From contig JBGARZ010000018.1 of assembly GCA_044229975.1 (NCBI GenBank), positions 1 to 64,000 of the forward strand: DNA of 64,000 nucleotides. The letters run 5' to 3'. The stretch comes from Polyangiales bacterium. Its GTDB lineage: Bacteria; Myxococcota_A; Polyangia; Polyangiales; Ga0077539. Each line of letters opens with the position of its first letter. The first letter of the stretch is position 1. This document shows, piece after piece, positions 31,295-41,308 of the stretch. The translations under genes were made by a program, and so were the position numbers. The notes beneath the pieces were generated by a model. That model did no database searches and was not told the DNA's origin. It saw only the letters and a program-made list of their open reading frames with translations.

Positions 31295-31610
31295 CGACGA
31301 GATGATCGCGCGGTCGCACGCCGGTCGGCTCGCGTCGGGGGAGACGGTCACCATCTTCGTCGGTGACGGCGCGCACGCGCAGATCATCCGCGTGCCGAGA
31401 CGCGAGCGGCACTGGGGGACGAACGTTGTGCGCGACGTGGACGTGATCTCCGCGCCGGGCGTGGTCTGAGGCTCCGCGGACGGCATCCACGCCATCAACA
31501 TCGAAGACATGCTCACGGCGCAGAGCGTGGGCTCGTACCAGAACGCGCGACGACTCGTGGTCTACGCGACGAGCTCGCTACCACCGGCCGTCAACGCGTC
31601 GTGGTGGGAC
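31295..31610 (+). pseudogene. Fragment of an unidentified gene with an in-frame stop
   Basis: GETVTIFVGDGAHAQIIRVP...PGVV*GSADGIHAINIEDMLTAQ...LVVYATS. Confidence 0.35.
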
Positions 31611-31857
31611 CGTCCGGCGCGGACGGCGGGGGTAAGTGCACCCTCTGGGGCACCCCAGCGGTGTGCTGTGGAGGCGGAGCAGGCGGAGGCGGGGGCGGAG
31701 GCGGAGGCGGAGTGCGGACCCCGCCGTCACGGGATGGCGCTTGCTGGGCGTGAGCGTCAGTGATGCACCCCTCGACGGCGACGCCGGCGGCGAGGAGCCC
31801 CAGGAGAGTCGGGATGGCGGTGCTGCGCGACGAGGCGATCGGGCGGCGGGGGCTCAT
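31591..31857 (-). CDS. Small Pro-rich secreted peptide or lipoprotein
   Basis: Signal-like LLGLLAAGVAVEGC and a poly-Pro tract. Confidence 0.55.
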   Translation of the reverse strand: MSPRRPIASSRSTAIPTLLGLLAAGVAVEGCITDAHAQQAPSRDGGVRTPPPPPPPPPPAPPPQHTAGVPQRVHLPPPSAPDGPTTTR

Positions 31858-32026
31858 GGCGACGAGGATCGCACGAAGACTGGGGGCCTCGCGCGGTGAG
31901 CCCAGCTTGTCGTCAGAGCCGGAAGGCGGCGCGCGAACGAATCGGCCGACACCCGGAATAGCCCCGACCCCTCCCCTGGTTGCGCCCAAGGTCGGCCGGG
32001 GAATCGTCCTCCGTCGACCCACCAGA

Positions 32027-32449
32027 ATGCGCTCGCTGGTCCTCGCCCTCTGCGCCGCGTTCGCCGTGCTGCTCACGGCCATGCCCGCGCACGCGCACGC
32101 TCCACGGCGCTGGTGCGTCGGTCAGTTGGCCAGCTACCGGCATCTCGACCGCAACCACGCGACCTCCTTCGTCCACGCGGAAGCGCCCGTCGCCGCACCC
32201 GCCACACCGCTGCGCTCGCAAGCCCCGACGCTGTGCAGCGACCCCCACCAGGCGGGCTGTCGCATCGACCGCCCCGACACCCCGAGGCACCACACGTCGT
32301 CGGACCTCCACCACGAACCCATCGCACTGAATACCTCCGTGCCCGAGGTCCCGCTGCGATCGGCCGACGACGTCACGACCGAGCCGTTGCTTCGCGGCGG
32401 TCCGCGCGTCGCGACGACACGGTCGCCCTGGCGACCGCCCAGCGCCTGA
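32027..32449 (+). CDS. Small secreted His/Cys-containing protein ending RPP
   Basis: Signal peptide (AHA-HAP), C-x7-C, HH pairs, C-terminal WRPPSA; directly upstream of the DsbA-like gene. Confidence 0.7.
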   Translation: MRSLVLALCAAFAVLLTAMPAHAHAPRRWCVGQLASYRHLDRNHATSFVHAEAPVAAPATPLRSQAPTLCSDPHQAGCRIDRPDTPRHHTSSDLHHEPIALNTSVPEVPLRSADDVTTEPLLRGGPRVATTRSPWRPPSA

Positions 32450-32568
32450 ACGCGGTCTCCGCGTAGGCATCGACGCGCGATCGTCCTGTGAAGGGACGAC
32501 GCGCGCCGACCGGGTCGCGCCCTGCGCGCTCCCGGGTGGGTCGTCGTGCAGGGAAATCGGAGGATCTC

Positions 32569-34581
32569 GTGAGCAAGGGAAGCATCGCCGTCTCCGCGCT
32601 ATTGGCGCTGATCGTCAGTTTCTTCGTGGGTTACGTCACAACACCGCAGACCCGCTCGCGTTGGGGCGAACGAGCCCGCGTCGCCTTCGCAGCGCACCGG
32701 AACTCGGAGTCGATGGACGACGCCGAACGCATCCCCGTCGGTGCGTCCCCGGTGCTCGGGCCCGACGACGCGCTCGTCACCATCGTGCAGTTCGGGGACT
32801 TCCAGTGTCCGTTCTGCTCGCGCGTCGAGACGACGCTCCATCAGATCCGTCAGCGGTACGGGCGCGACGTCCGCGTCGTCTGGAAGAACGCCCCGCTGCC
32901 CTTCCACCCGAACGCGGGCCCCGCGGCCGAGGCCGCGATGGAGGCGATGGCCCAGCGCGGCCATGACGGTTTCTGGCGGATGCACGACCTTCTCTATCGC
33001 GAGCAGCAGCACCTCGACGCGGCCACGCTGGAGCACCTCGCGCTCGAAGCGGGCCTCGACCTCACCCGCTTTCGCGCGGCGCTCAACGACCACCGGCTCC
33101 GGGCTTCCATCGATCGCGACGTGGCCCTCGCGCAGGCCATCGGAGCCCAAGGAACGCCCAACTTCTTCATCAACGGAACCCAGGTCAGCGGCGCACAGTC
33201 CTTCGACCGATTCGAGAGAATCATCGACGACGTGATCGCCCGCGCGCGCACCATCAAGCCGCGCCGACGTGTCTACGCCGCCATGGTGGCTGACCCGGTG
33301 GAAAACCCGGTGGAAAACCCGGACTCGCGCCGGCCACCAACCGGGTGCGGTGGACGCTGGCCGCAGGAGGACCCCACCCGTCGATGGCCTGTCCCGGTGG
33401 GACGCTCGCCGGTGCAGGGTCCGAACACGGCGCTCGTGACGATGGTGATCTTCGGGGACTTCCAGTGCCCGTTCTGCGCGCGTACGAGCGACACCCTGGC
33501 GCAGCTCCGCGCCCGCTACGGCAACGACCTCCGCGTGGTGTGGAAGAACGAACCCCTGCCCTTCCACGAAGCATCGCGCCCGGCGGCCGAGCTCGCGATG
33601 GAGGCCTTCGCCCAGCGCGGCAACGAGGGGTTCTGGCAGGTCCATCGGCTCCTCTTCGATCACCAGAGCGCCCTCGACCGCGGTCACCTCGACGGGTACG
33701 CGCTGCGGTCGGGCCTCGACATGGACCGCTACACCGCGGCGATGAACGCGCACACCCACGTCGCCCTCATCGACGCCGACCACGCCCTCGGCCAGACCGT
33801 CGAGGTCAACGGCGTCCCACACTTCTTCATCAACGGCTTCCGCCTCGTCGGCGCCCAGGCCCTCGACGCCTTCATCAGCGCCATCGACGAGGAGCGGAGG
33901 CGAGCCGCGGAGTTCATGCGAGCCCACCCCGACGTCACTCGCGCTGACCTCTACGAGCGCATGGTGCTCCACCCCCCGGTGCCCACCCCGGCGCCTCCCG
34001 TCGACGAAGAGAGCCGCGTCTACACCGTGCGCGACGACCGGCGCGCCCCGAGCTTCGGCCCCTCCGACGCCCGCGTCGTGATCCAGCACTTCGCGGACTA
34101 CCAGTGCCCGTTTTCGTCGCGCGTCGGGCCGACCATCGAGCGGATCCGTCGGCGGTACGGCGACCGCGTACGCTTCGTGTGGCGGGACTATCCCCTGCCC
34201 TTCCACCCTGCGGCCATGCTCGCCGCCGAGGCCGCCCGTGAAGCGTACGCCCAGCGCGGCAACCCGGGCTTCTGGCGCTTCCACGACCACCTGTTCGAGC
34301 ACCCGCAGCACATCGAGCGCGAGGACCTCGAACGCTACGCCCGCGAGCAGGGACTCGACGTCGATCGCTTCCGCGCCGCCCTCGATCACCACATCCACAA
34401 GCCCCGGGTCGAGGAAGACATGGCCGTCGCAGACGCCACCGGCGCCTCCATCGGAACGCCAGCCTTCTTCATCGGGGGAAGGTTCGTCGCGGGCGCGTTG
34501 GCGTTCGAGGAGTTCGAGCGACGCATCGAAGCCGCGCTACGCTTCGCGCGTGATGCAGAGGTGCGGCGGCTCGATCGCTGA
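32569..34581 (+). CDS. Three-domain DsbA/thioredoxin-fold protein
   Basis: GGAGG SD; CPFC, CPFC and CPFS motifs; GTP/GVP loops. Confidence 0.92.
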   Translation: MSKGSIAVSALLALIVSFFVGYVTTPQTRSRWGERARVAFAAHRNSESMDDAERIPVGASPVLGPDDALVTIVQFGDFQCPFCSRVETTLHQIRQRYGRDVRVVWKNAPLPFHPNAGPAAEAAMEAMAQRGHDGFWRMHDLLYREQQHLDAATLEHLALEAGLDLTRFRAALNDHRLRASIDRDVALAQAIGAQGTPNFFINGTQVSGAQSFDRFERIIDDVIARARTIKPRRRVYAAMVADPVENPVENPDSRRPPTGCGGRWPQEDPTRRWPVPVGRSPVQGPNTALVTMVIFGDFQCPFCARTSDTLAQLRARYGNDLRVVWKNEPLPFHEASRPAAELAMEAFAQRGNEGFWQVHRLLFDHQSALDRGHLDGYALRSGLDMDRYTAAMNAHTHVALIDADHALGQTVEVNGVPHFFINGFRLVGAQALDAFISAIDEERRRAAEFMRAHPDVTRADLYERMVLHPPVPTPAPPVDEESRVYTVRDDRRAPSFGPSDARVVIQHFADYQCPFSSRVGPTIERIRRRYGDRVRFVWRDYPLPFHPAAMLAAEAAREAYAQRGNPGFWRFHDHLFEHPQHIEREDLERYAREQGLDVDRFRAALDHHIHKPRVEEDMAVADATGASIGTPAFFIGGRFVAGALAFEEFERRIEAALRFARDAEVRRLDR

Positions 34582-34606
34582 CGGAAGACGCGCCGTGGAG
34601 GGAACA

Positions 34607-34710
34607 GGTAGACCAACTGGGCCCTCTCGTTAGCACCGATCCACCCACGTCCCTTGCGCGCAGTCCCTGCCCACATGGCAGCTCCCGCAAGCTCCTGCGA
34701 CGCCTCCCTC
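34607..34710 (+). repeat. Dispersed junction repeat copy E
   Basis: ggtagaccaac...cccttgcgcgcagtccctgccc...aagctcctgcgacgcctccct; short internal deletion relative to D. Confidence 0.8.
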
Positions 34711-35168
34711 TATTCGAACACGTTGGTGACGACGATCGGGCCAGCTTCGACGGATGCACCGGATCGCCGCCCGAAGTCGCTCACGTTCGACGTTTCCGGG
34801 ATCCCAGCGGGACCCGTGGGTTGCTCGGATTGATGAACCCACCGGGTCGGCAGAGCGCCCGTCGGGGCCGCGGGAGCCGCGCTTCCCGGATCGTAGGTCA
34901 GCACGGCCAGCGGAAGAACGAGGCTGCCAACGGCCGCGAGAACCACCGCGATGTCGGACGCGATGACGCGCCACGAGGGCGTCGATGCGACGGCGACTTC
35001 GGGCGCGATCGGCATCACGACACGGTAGGGCACGGTGCACCATACATCGACCCCGCAGACCACGTATGCCCCCTCGTACGCCACGCACGCGCCGGCCTCA
35101 GCCGCGTCGAGGGCTGCAGCGTCGCGCTGCCACCAGGGACGATGCACAACCCGCTGTGGCTCGCCCAC
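34710..35168 (-). CDS. Small single-TM protein, possibly 3'-truncated at repeat E
   Basis: VPYR motif then a TM helix; stop codon coincides with the repeat boundary. Confidence 0.45.
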   Translation of the reverse strand: MGEPQRVVHRPWWQRDAAALDAAEAGACVAYEGAYVVCGVDVWCTVPYRVVMPIAPEVAVASTPSWRVIASDIAVVLAAVGSLVLPLAVLTYDPGSAAPAAPTGALPTRWVHQSEQPTGPAGIPETSNVSDFGRRSGASVEAGPIVVTNVFE

Positions 35169-35522
35169 TGGGACGACCAGGGCGGCAGGCCGACGGGCCG
35201 ACGGGGCTGACGAAGAATGCGTGCGACAGGCGGGGCAGCGGACGCGGCATGAGGAAACTCAGCGCACCGCCATGCCGCGAAGCGCGACGTCGAACGAGAC
35301 GGCGACCTCGGGGCGCTGGCGCTGAGCAGGAGCGGGCCCCCGGGGCCCCCCACTCCCTCAACGGTCGCAGTTGATCGTCGGGAGGTCCGCGCCCAGGCAC
35401 AGTTCGCGCGCGTCACGCCATCCGAGGTCGAGCTCCTCAACGGCCACGTTGAAGAGGGCCTCGCGTCGACCTTCGCCGCGCTCGAGTCTGGCTACGTCAT
35501 CCTGAGACTCCCGCGCTTCCGG

Positions 35523-35864
35523 GTGGCGACCCCGTCGGTGAGCCTGCGCAACGCGCTCTCCGCGCTGGGGATGACGCTCACGTTCGACGCGACGCGGGCG
35601 GACTTCACCGGCATCGCCAGCCCGCCGGAACCCGGCGATCGGCTGAGCCTCTCCGACGCGTTCCACAAGGTGTTCGTCGAGGTGAACGAGGTGGGCACCG
35701 TGGCGGCCGCCGCCGCCGTGACCAGCGGCCCCACCACGCGCGGGATCGACAACCGCGAGCCGACGCCCTCCGTCGTCGACCACCCCTTCCTCTTCGTGAT
35801 CCGCGACCTCACTACGGGCGCGGTGCTCTTCATGGGCCGCGTCGTCGACCCGCGCGCCGCGTGA
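35523..35864 (+). pseudogene. Serpin C-terminal fragment
   Basis: ADFTGI, HKVFVEVNEVGTVAAAAA hinge, DHPFLFVIRD..TGAVLFMGRVVDP; only about 110 aa. Confidence 0.92.
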
Positions 35865-35936
35865 CCGTGGGCTGCCCCGCCCTCGTGCCCGAGGTCCTCC
35901 CCCTCGTTCGTCGCCGTCGCGGGATCTGACGCAACG

Positions 35937-37400
35937 TCAGTCGGTTCGCGTGCGGGAGGGAGGGAGTCGCCATGTGAGAGGGCCGCGGTCGAGGCCCGAG
36001 GGGTCGTCGCGCCCGCTGCGGGCTACGAACAGCAGGCGGCCGTGGACGTCGATGCTGAGCGCGCGTCCCTCGAACGCCCGGTGCGTGTTCGTCGTGAAGT
36101 CGAACCAGAGCTGCTCGAAGAACGCGCCGCGGTCCGTGACGCCGCGGCGACCCCAGATGCTCGGACGCACGGGCTCGTCCAAGGGAGTGCCGACCGCCAC
36201 CTGCGCCGCGGCGAGTTCGACGGCGCGCGTCACGCCCTGGGCGTCCCTGACGTACGCGTAGCCGTCGACCGATGACTGGTCATCGCACGCATCACCCACG
36301 CGGATCGGGAGGGCGCAGTGGGTCTCGGGACCGCGCACCGCGACCACGCCGCCCATGCGGCAGGACACCAGCAAACGCTCCAGCGCCGCGGAGCGGGCGA
36401 TGACCTCACCCCAGCACGCCGACGGGACCCACTCGCGCTCGCTGCCGTCGGGCGACCGCGCCACGAGCGCGCCGTCGGGCAGCCGCCGGACGAGGTAGCG
36501 TCCCATCGCCGTGACGAAGCCCGGCACCGGGACCATCGCCCCACCGCTCGCGAGGGCGGCGTAGGTCTCTGGCTCGTCTCCCGGTGGGCGGGTGATGCCG
36601 ATGCGTCCGTCGTGCTGCCGACAGCTCCGCCGCTCGGCCGAGAGGTCGTGCGCTTCGAGGCGACCGTCGTGGTTGGTGTCGCGGGGGATGGCGCGCGCGA
36701 GGACCCACACGCCGCCCTCGTCGATCCACGCCCGGTGCAGCGCGCCGGGACCCGGGGTGAGCTCGCGCTCGCCGCCGTCTGCGAGGGTCCGCACCACGAC
36801 GGTCTGCCCGCAGGGGGTCGTGTGGATCCATACGAAGCGCGTTCCGGCGTCGTCGAAGGAGCCCACGCGGTGAGGGTCGACGGGGTCGTCGTCGGAGCTG
36901 GCGTCGGCGCCCCGCGGGCCGAGGTCGACCTCGGCGCCGGTCAGGGTGTCGAGCAGGCGCAGCGACCCGCCGCGCACCAGCGCGAGGTGGCGCCCGTCGC
37001 GCGAGCCCGCGACGAGGTCGTCGATGGGCTCGCCGGGGCCCGCGCCGCGCGCGAGGTAGAGGTCGAAGCGGTCGCCCGCCACGCCCCGGGAACACCAGCT
37101 GAACGAGATGCTGCCGTCGCCGTTGGTGTCGCGGCGCGCCTGGCGGAAGGCCGTCCAGCGCGCGTCGGGCGACGAGGCGACCAGGAGGACCGGGTGCTCG
37201 GTACCCACCTGGACCGACGGCGCGGTTTCGGCGGGCACGTGGCGCAGGGCGACCTCCGGGAAGCGCCGCAGGAACTTCACACGGTCGGACCCGTCGCACG
37301 CTCGCAGCGGCGGCGGGACGACAGGGGCGACGTCGTTGGGTGCCGCACCCACGCCCGACAGCAACAGCAGCACCGGCACCCACTCCCGCACGGCGCCCAT
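35937..37400 (-). CDS. Secreted protein with two DTNxDG motifs, beta-propeller-like
   Basis: Signal peptide; RDTNGDG and RDTNHDG; SPDARW and SRDGRH blade-like motifs. Confidence 0.8.
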   Translation of the reverse strand: MGAVREWVPVLLLLSGVGAAPNDVAPVVPPPLRACDGSDRVKFLRRFPEVALRHVPAETAPSVQVGTEHPVLLVASSPDARWTAFRQARRDTNGDGSISFSWCSRGVAGDRFDLYLARGAGPGEPIDDLVAGSRDGRHLALVRGGSLRLLDTLTGAEVDLGPRGADASSDDDPVDPHRVGSFDDAGTRFVWIHTTPCGQTVVVRTLADGGERELTPGPGALHRAWIDEGGVWVLARAIPRDTNHDGRLEAHDLSAERRSCRQHDGRIGITRPPGDEPETYAALASGGAMVPVPGFVTAMGRYLVRRLPDGALVARSPDGSEREWVPSACWGEVIARSAALERLLVSCRMGGVVAVRGPETHCALPIRVGDACDDQSSVDGYAYVRDAQGVTRAVELAAAQVAVGTPLDEPVRPSIWGRRGVTDRGAFFEQLWFDFTTNTHRAFEGRALSIDVHGRLLFVARSGRDDPSGLDRGPLTWRLPPSRTRTD

Positions 37401-37452
37401 CGTTGGGGCGCGCCGCCGCGTCGAGCAATGGGAGAACCGTCGAGGCGGGCGG

Positions 37453-38265
37453 CTACCGTCGCGCCGACGCCGACCCCGCGCCGCGGACCACCCCGCCCAT
37501 CGACCACAACGTCCCGACGGCCGCTGCCGCGAGCACGATGGCCACGCCGACCGCGCGCCGGGCGCGGGCCGCGCTGACGACCGCGGCCAGCAGCAGGGCG
37601 CTCGCCAGGGAGAGCAGTGCGAGCGTTGTGCGCAGCATCGTCACCGCGCGGCGCACGTGGCCGTCGAGCCAGACGGGCGCGGCGTTCCAGGGGAGCACGA
37701 GCGAGCGCAGGAGGGCGGTGTCGACGCGGAGGGAGACGACGCGCAGCTCGTCGGCGCCCAGCGCGAGACGAATGCGGTCGAGGTCGGGTTCTCGGCCGAA
37801 GTCGCAGCGGAACTGCAAGAGTCGCCCGTCGGCGCTGCGCCGGTGGACGAGTCGACCCACGGGGAGTCCGGCGGAGTTCTGGCCGTCGCAACGGAGCGCC
37901 GCGGGGGCGGGGTGTTCGATCGCCTCCCCCATCCAGCGGGTCGGGTCGGAGTTGTCCCATCGCCGGAAGGTGAGGCCCTCGAAGGACCCGACCTCGCGGT
38001 GTTCCGCGCGGAAGCTCGACACCGAGTCGTTGTGCGAGTCCGACACGACCCGGTACCTGACGGGCGGCGGTGCCCACGGGCGGCCGCGCAGCGCGCGATC
38101 GGTCTCGCCCTGGTCGACAACGACGAAGGCGCCGGGCCCGCGCCACAGCGAGCACCATCCGAGCGTCAAGGCGACGACGCAGGCGGCCACCAGCGTGCGC
38201 CACCGCTGCGGCGTCTCGCGCCCTCCGATGAGCAGTTGGACGAGGCGGTTCACGCTACCGGCCAT
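37453..38265 (-). CDS. Membrane protein; paralogue of 28473..29303
   Basis: Three TM segments and shared motifs; TATGAT 8 nt upstream. Confidence 0.75.
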   Translation of the reverse strand: MAGSVNRLVQLLIGGRETPQRWRTLVAACVVALTLGWCSLWRGPGAFVVVDQGETDRALRGRPWAPPPVRYRVVSDSHNDSVSSFRAEHREVGSFEGLTFRRWDNSDPTRWMGEAIEHPAPAALRCDGQNSAGLPVGRLVHRRSADGRLLQFRCDFGREPDLDRIRLALGADELRVVSLRVDTALLRSLVLPWNAAPVWLDGHVRRAVTMLRTTLALLSLASALLLAAVVSAARARRAVGVAIVLAAAAVGTLWSMGGVVRGAGSASARR

Positions 38266-38273
38266 TCCTCGCG

Positions 38274-38279
38274 ATCATA
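38274..38279 (-). promoter_or_regulatory. -10-like hexamer TATGAT
   Basis: 8 nt before ATG 38265. Confidence 0.65.
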
Positions 38280-39035
38280 GGGGCATGCGCTCACCGGCGC
38301 GCCACGACCAGCGAGCAGCGCAGCCGCGCCGCCTCGTTCGCCGTCACGGCGTGGCGGCTGTCGTCGTAGACCACCCCGACGAGCCCGCCGCCAGCGAGCT
38401 CTCCATCGGGTGCTGCAGCAGCTCCGGACACACGTCGTTCGCCAGCGTACTTTGCGGGATGGGTTTTGAAAGAAGCCGCTCCGCGGCGTGGCCTCTCCCG
38501 GAGCTTCGCGCTCGCGCGCGTGACCTGCTGACTCGTCGGTCGCTGCGCCTTCCTTCGTGCCGACGAGTTGCTCCGCGTCCACGACGCGCCCCGCTTCGCG
38601 GAGCTCGGCGACGATCGGGTCGAAGGCCGCCGCCACGCTCTCGTCGAAGGGCCGATAGCCGGGGAGGATTCCCCTCCGGCGCGTCGCGAGCGCCAGCGAG
38701 GTGCACGCCGCTGTCGGATCACGCCGATCGAGCTTGCCCCCCGCTCGCGCGGGGCGAAGGGGGGCCCTCGCCCCGACCGCCCCTTTCGCCTTCCGTTCGT
38801 ACCGTCGTGCAGATGGCTCCCGTCGCCGTGCCGGACACCTCGCGCTTCCTGCGAGCCTCCGGCGGCGACGCCGCCTTGCACGTCCGGAGATCCCCGATCA
38901 TCCTGCCCCTCCCTGCCGAGAGCCCGCTGTGCACTCCTGACGTCGCCCCTCCGCTGATCGGTCGCCCTTCGCTGTCGCGTGCGCTGACACGCCGCTGCGT
39001 CGGGCCGGGTGCGTCTCTTTCTTCAGGAGTGAGCC

Positions 39036-39647
39036 ATGAGGCTCGGTCTCATCTCGGATATTCACGCGGATCACCGCGCGCTGATGCGTGCGCTGGCCCT
39101 GCTCGAGCAGCGGGGCGCTGACAAGGTCGTGTGCATGGGTGATCTGGTCGAGAAAGGGCCAGACGGGGATCGCGTCGTCGCGACCCTCAACGATCACCTC
39201 GCGATCTGTGTGCGCGGCAACCACGACGACAACGCCGTCCGCCGCCGCCTTGAGGGCGACGAGGACGACACGGACCCTCTCATCGACGCCGACACCGCGG
39301 CCTTCCTCGCGGCCCTCCCGCGCGATCGGCTCACGACCTGGAACGGCGTCCGCGTGGCGATGAGCCACATCGCCCCGTGTGGCATCGAGGAGTCGGTGCT
39401 GCCCGAGCACATCCCGAAGACGCTCAAGCGCTCGCTGCGCGGCTTCGAGGCCGACGTGCTGCTGCTCGGCCACACGCACCGCCCGATGAAGATCCGCCAC
39501 GGCGACCTGTGGATCATCAACCCGGGCTCCGTCGCCGGCACCCGCCCGCGCGACAGGTTCACCTGCGCGCTGCTCGACCTGCCCTCGCTCGCCCTGACCG
39601 TGCTCTCGCTCGACGACGGCTCGCCGGTGCCGTTCGCGGTCGGCTGA
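39036..39647 (+). CDS. Calcineurin-like metallophosphoesterase (YfcE/MJ0936-type)
   Basis: SDIH, GD, GNHD, GHTH and NPGS motifs; AGGAG SD. Confidence 0.93.
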   Translation: MRLGLISDIHADHRALMRALALLEQRGADKVVCMGDLVEKGPDGDRVVATLNDHLAICVRGNHDDNAVRRRLEGDEDDTDPLIDADTAAFLAALPRDRLTTWNGVRVAMSHIAPCGIEESVLPEHIPKTLKRSLRGFEADVLLLGHTHRPMKIRHGDLWIINPGSVAGTRPRDRFTCALLDLPSLALTVLSLDDGSPVPFAVG

Positions 39648-39723
39648 CCACGCCGCCCTCGTCGCTAGGCAGTCGCCAGACCTGCCGCGGGATGGTGGGA
39701 TCTCCTCGACCTGGAACCCGCGC

Positions 39724-39729
39724 TACCAT
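39724..39729 (+). promoter_or_regulatory. -10-like hexamer TACCAT
   Basis: 8 nt before GTG 39738. Confidence 0.65.
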
Positions 39730-39737
39730 CGCGCGCC

Positions 39738-41204
39738 GTGCGTCGGGCGCTCCTCCTCCTCTCGCTGCTCGGTGCGTGCAGATCCGGTCTCATCCCGCGA
39801 CTGCCCAACGACGCAACGACGCCTCGCGACACCGCGACCGTGGACATCGTCGACGCCAGCGCGGCCGCTGACACCCCTGTGATCACCGCGGAGATCCTCC
39901 CTCGTTCGCGGCTCGACACGGAGCTGCGCCCGTTGATCGATGACGGGTGGCTCGCGGGCGCCATCGTCGGCATCGTCGACCCGCGCGGCGCGCAGCTCGC
40001 GGGCTACGGCGTGGCCATTGAAGGCACCGCGCGTCCCCCAGACGGCGACACGCTCTTCGAGATCGGATCCATCACCAAGACCCTCACCTCGCTCGTCCTC
40101 GCCGAGGACGTAGCCGCAGGCACCTTCCCCCTCGACACGCCCGTGCAGTCGCTGTTGCCCGCATCAACGCGCGTACCCACGGGGCGTCGCGCCATCACCC
40201 TGCGCGACCTCTCGGTGCACGGATCGGGGCTCCCGCGTCTGGCCACAAACCTCAACCCCGCGGACCCCCAGAACCCCTACGCGGACTACACCGTCGATGA
40301 CCTCGACGCCTTCCTCTCGGCGTACACTCTCCCGCGCGAACCCGGCGCGTCCTTCGAGTATTCAAACCTCGCCGTGGGCCTCCTCGGACGCGCCCTCGCA
40401 CACCGCGCGTCCAGCACCCTGGAAGCCCTCTTGCGTGACCGCATCTTCGTGCCCCTCGGGATGCGCGACACCTCCATCGCGCTCTCCGATGAGCGCCGCG
40501 CGCGCCTCGCCACCCCCCACGACTTCGAAGGGACCACCGTGCGTTCATGGGAGGCCACCGACGCCACCGCGGGCGCAGGCGCCGTGCGCTCTACCGCGCG
40601 CGACATGCTGCGTTACGGAGCTGCCATCGCGGGCACGGATCCCACCACCGCGCCACTCACACGCGCCATCGAGCTCTCGGTGCGGGAGCAGCAGCGGTGG
40701 CCCGACAGGCGGATGGGCCTCGGGTGGTTCTTCACCGACGACGGGAGGCTCTGGCACAACGGCGGCACCGGGGGTTTCGAGAGCGTCCTCGTGGTGGACC
40801 GCGAACAACGCCGCGCCGTGCTGGTGCTCGCCAACACCAACAGTCCATGGCAACCCATCACCAACCTCGGACTGCGGCTCTCGTCCCTGGCGCGCGGCGA
40901 AAACCCTGCACCGCTGGGGCTTCCGCGTCGTGTGGAGGTCGCCCCGGCGACGCTCGCACGCTACGTCGGGGTGTATCGAATGGAGGCGTCGCCCTCGACA
41001 ACCATCACCGTGGCCATGGGCAGCGGCGGTCTCACGGCGCGGCTCTCGGGACAATCGGCCTTTCGCATCACGCCATCGAGCGAGACGGGCTTCTTCTTCC
41101 GCGTCGCTGTCGCGCGCCTGCACTTCGAGGCTGACAGCACGGGCGCGTGGACGCGCGTTCGCCTCGACCAGAACGGCCGCTCGCAATGGGCGCGACGGTC
41201 GTAG
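39738..41204 (+). CDS. Serine hydrolase lipoprotein, class C beta-lactamase/D-Ala-D-Ala carboxypeptidase-like, with a small C-terminal beta domain
   Basis: LLGAC lipobox; FEIGSITK (SxxK), YSN, WHNGGTGG. Confidence 0.93.
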   Translation: MRRALLLLSLLGACRSGLIPRLPNDATTPRDTATVDIVDASAAADTPVITAEILPRSRLDTELRPLIDDGWLAGAIVGIVDPRGAQLAGYGVAIEGTARPPDGDTLFEIGSITKTLTSLVLAEDVAAGTFPLDTPVQSLLPASTRVPTGRRAITLRDLSVHGSGLPRLATNLNPADPQNPYADYTVDDLDAFLSAYTLPREPGASFEYSNLAVGLLGRALAHRASSTLEALLRDRIFVPLGMRDTSIALSDERRARLATPHDFEGTTVRSWEATDATAGAGAVRSTARDMLRYGAAIAGTDPTTAPLTRAIELSVREQQRWPDRRMGLGWFFTDDGRLWHNGGTGGFESVLVVDREQRRAVLVLANTNSPWQPITNLGLRLSSLARGENPAPLGLPRRVEVAPATLARYVGVYRMEASPSTTITVAMGSGGLTARLSGQSAFRITPSSETGFFFRVAVARLHFEADSTGAWTRVRLDQNGRSQWARRS

Positions 41205-41308
41205 GAACACAGCTCACGGCGACCACCACTCGAAGCGCGTCAGGCGGTCCATCGCGACGTTGCGGAGGCCGTGAATCGACCGCTGGCGCGGTACAACCAA
41301 CCCACCCC

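Noticed and set aside
26389..38477. Similar motifs gatggggtttgaggaggc (26389) and gatgggttttgaaagaagc (38458) as IS ends
   Set aside because: Short, several mismatches, same orientation, no recognisable transposase
38750..38775. GC hairpin cggggcgaagg...ccctcgccccg as a terminator
   Set aside because: No adjacent U-tract and no intact gene ending just upstream
39738..41204. Calling the serine hydrolase an antibiotic-resistance beta-lactamase
   Set aside because: The motifs define only the fold; a peptidase or esterase role is equally plausible
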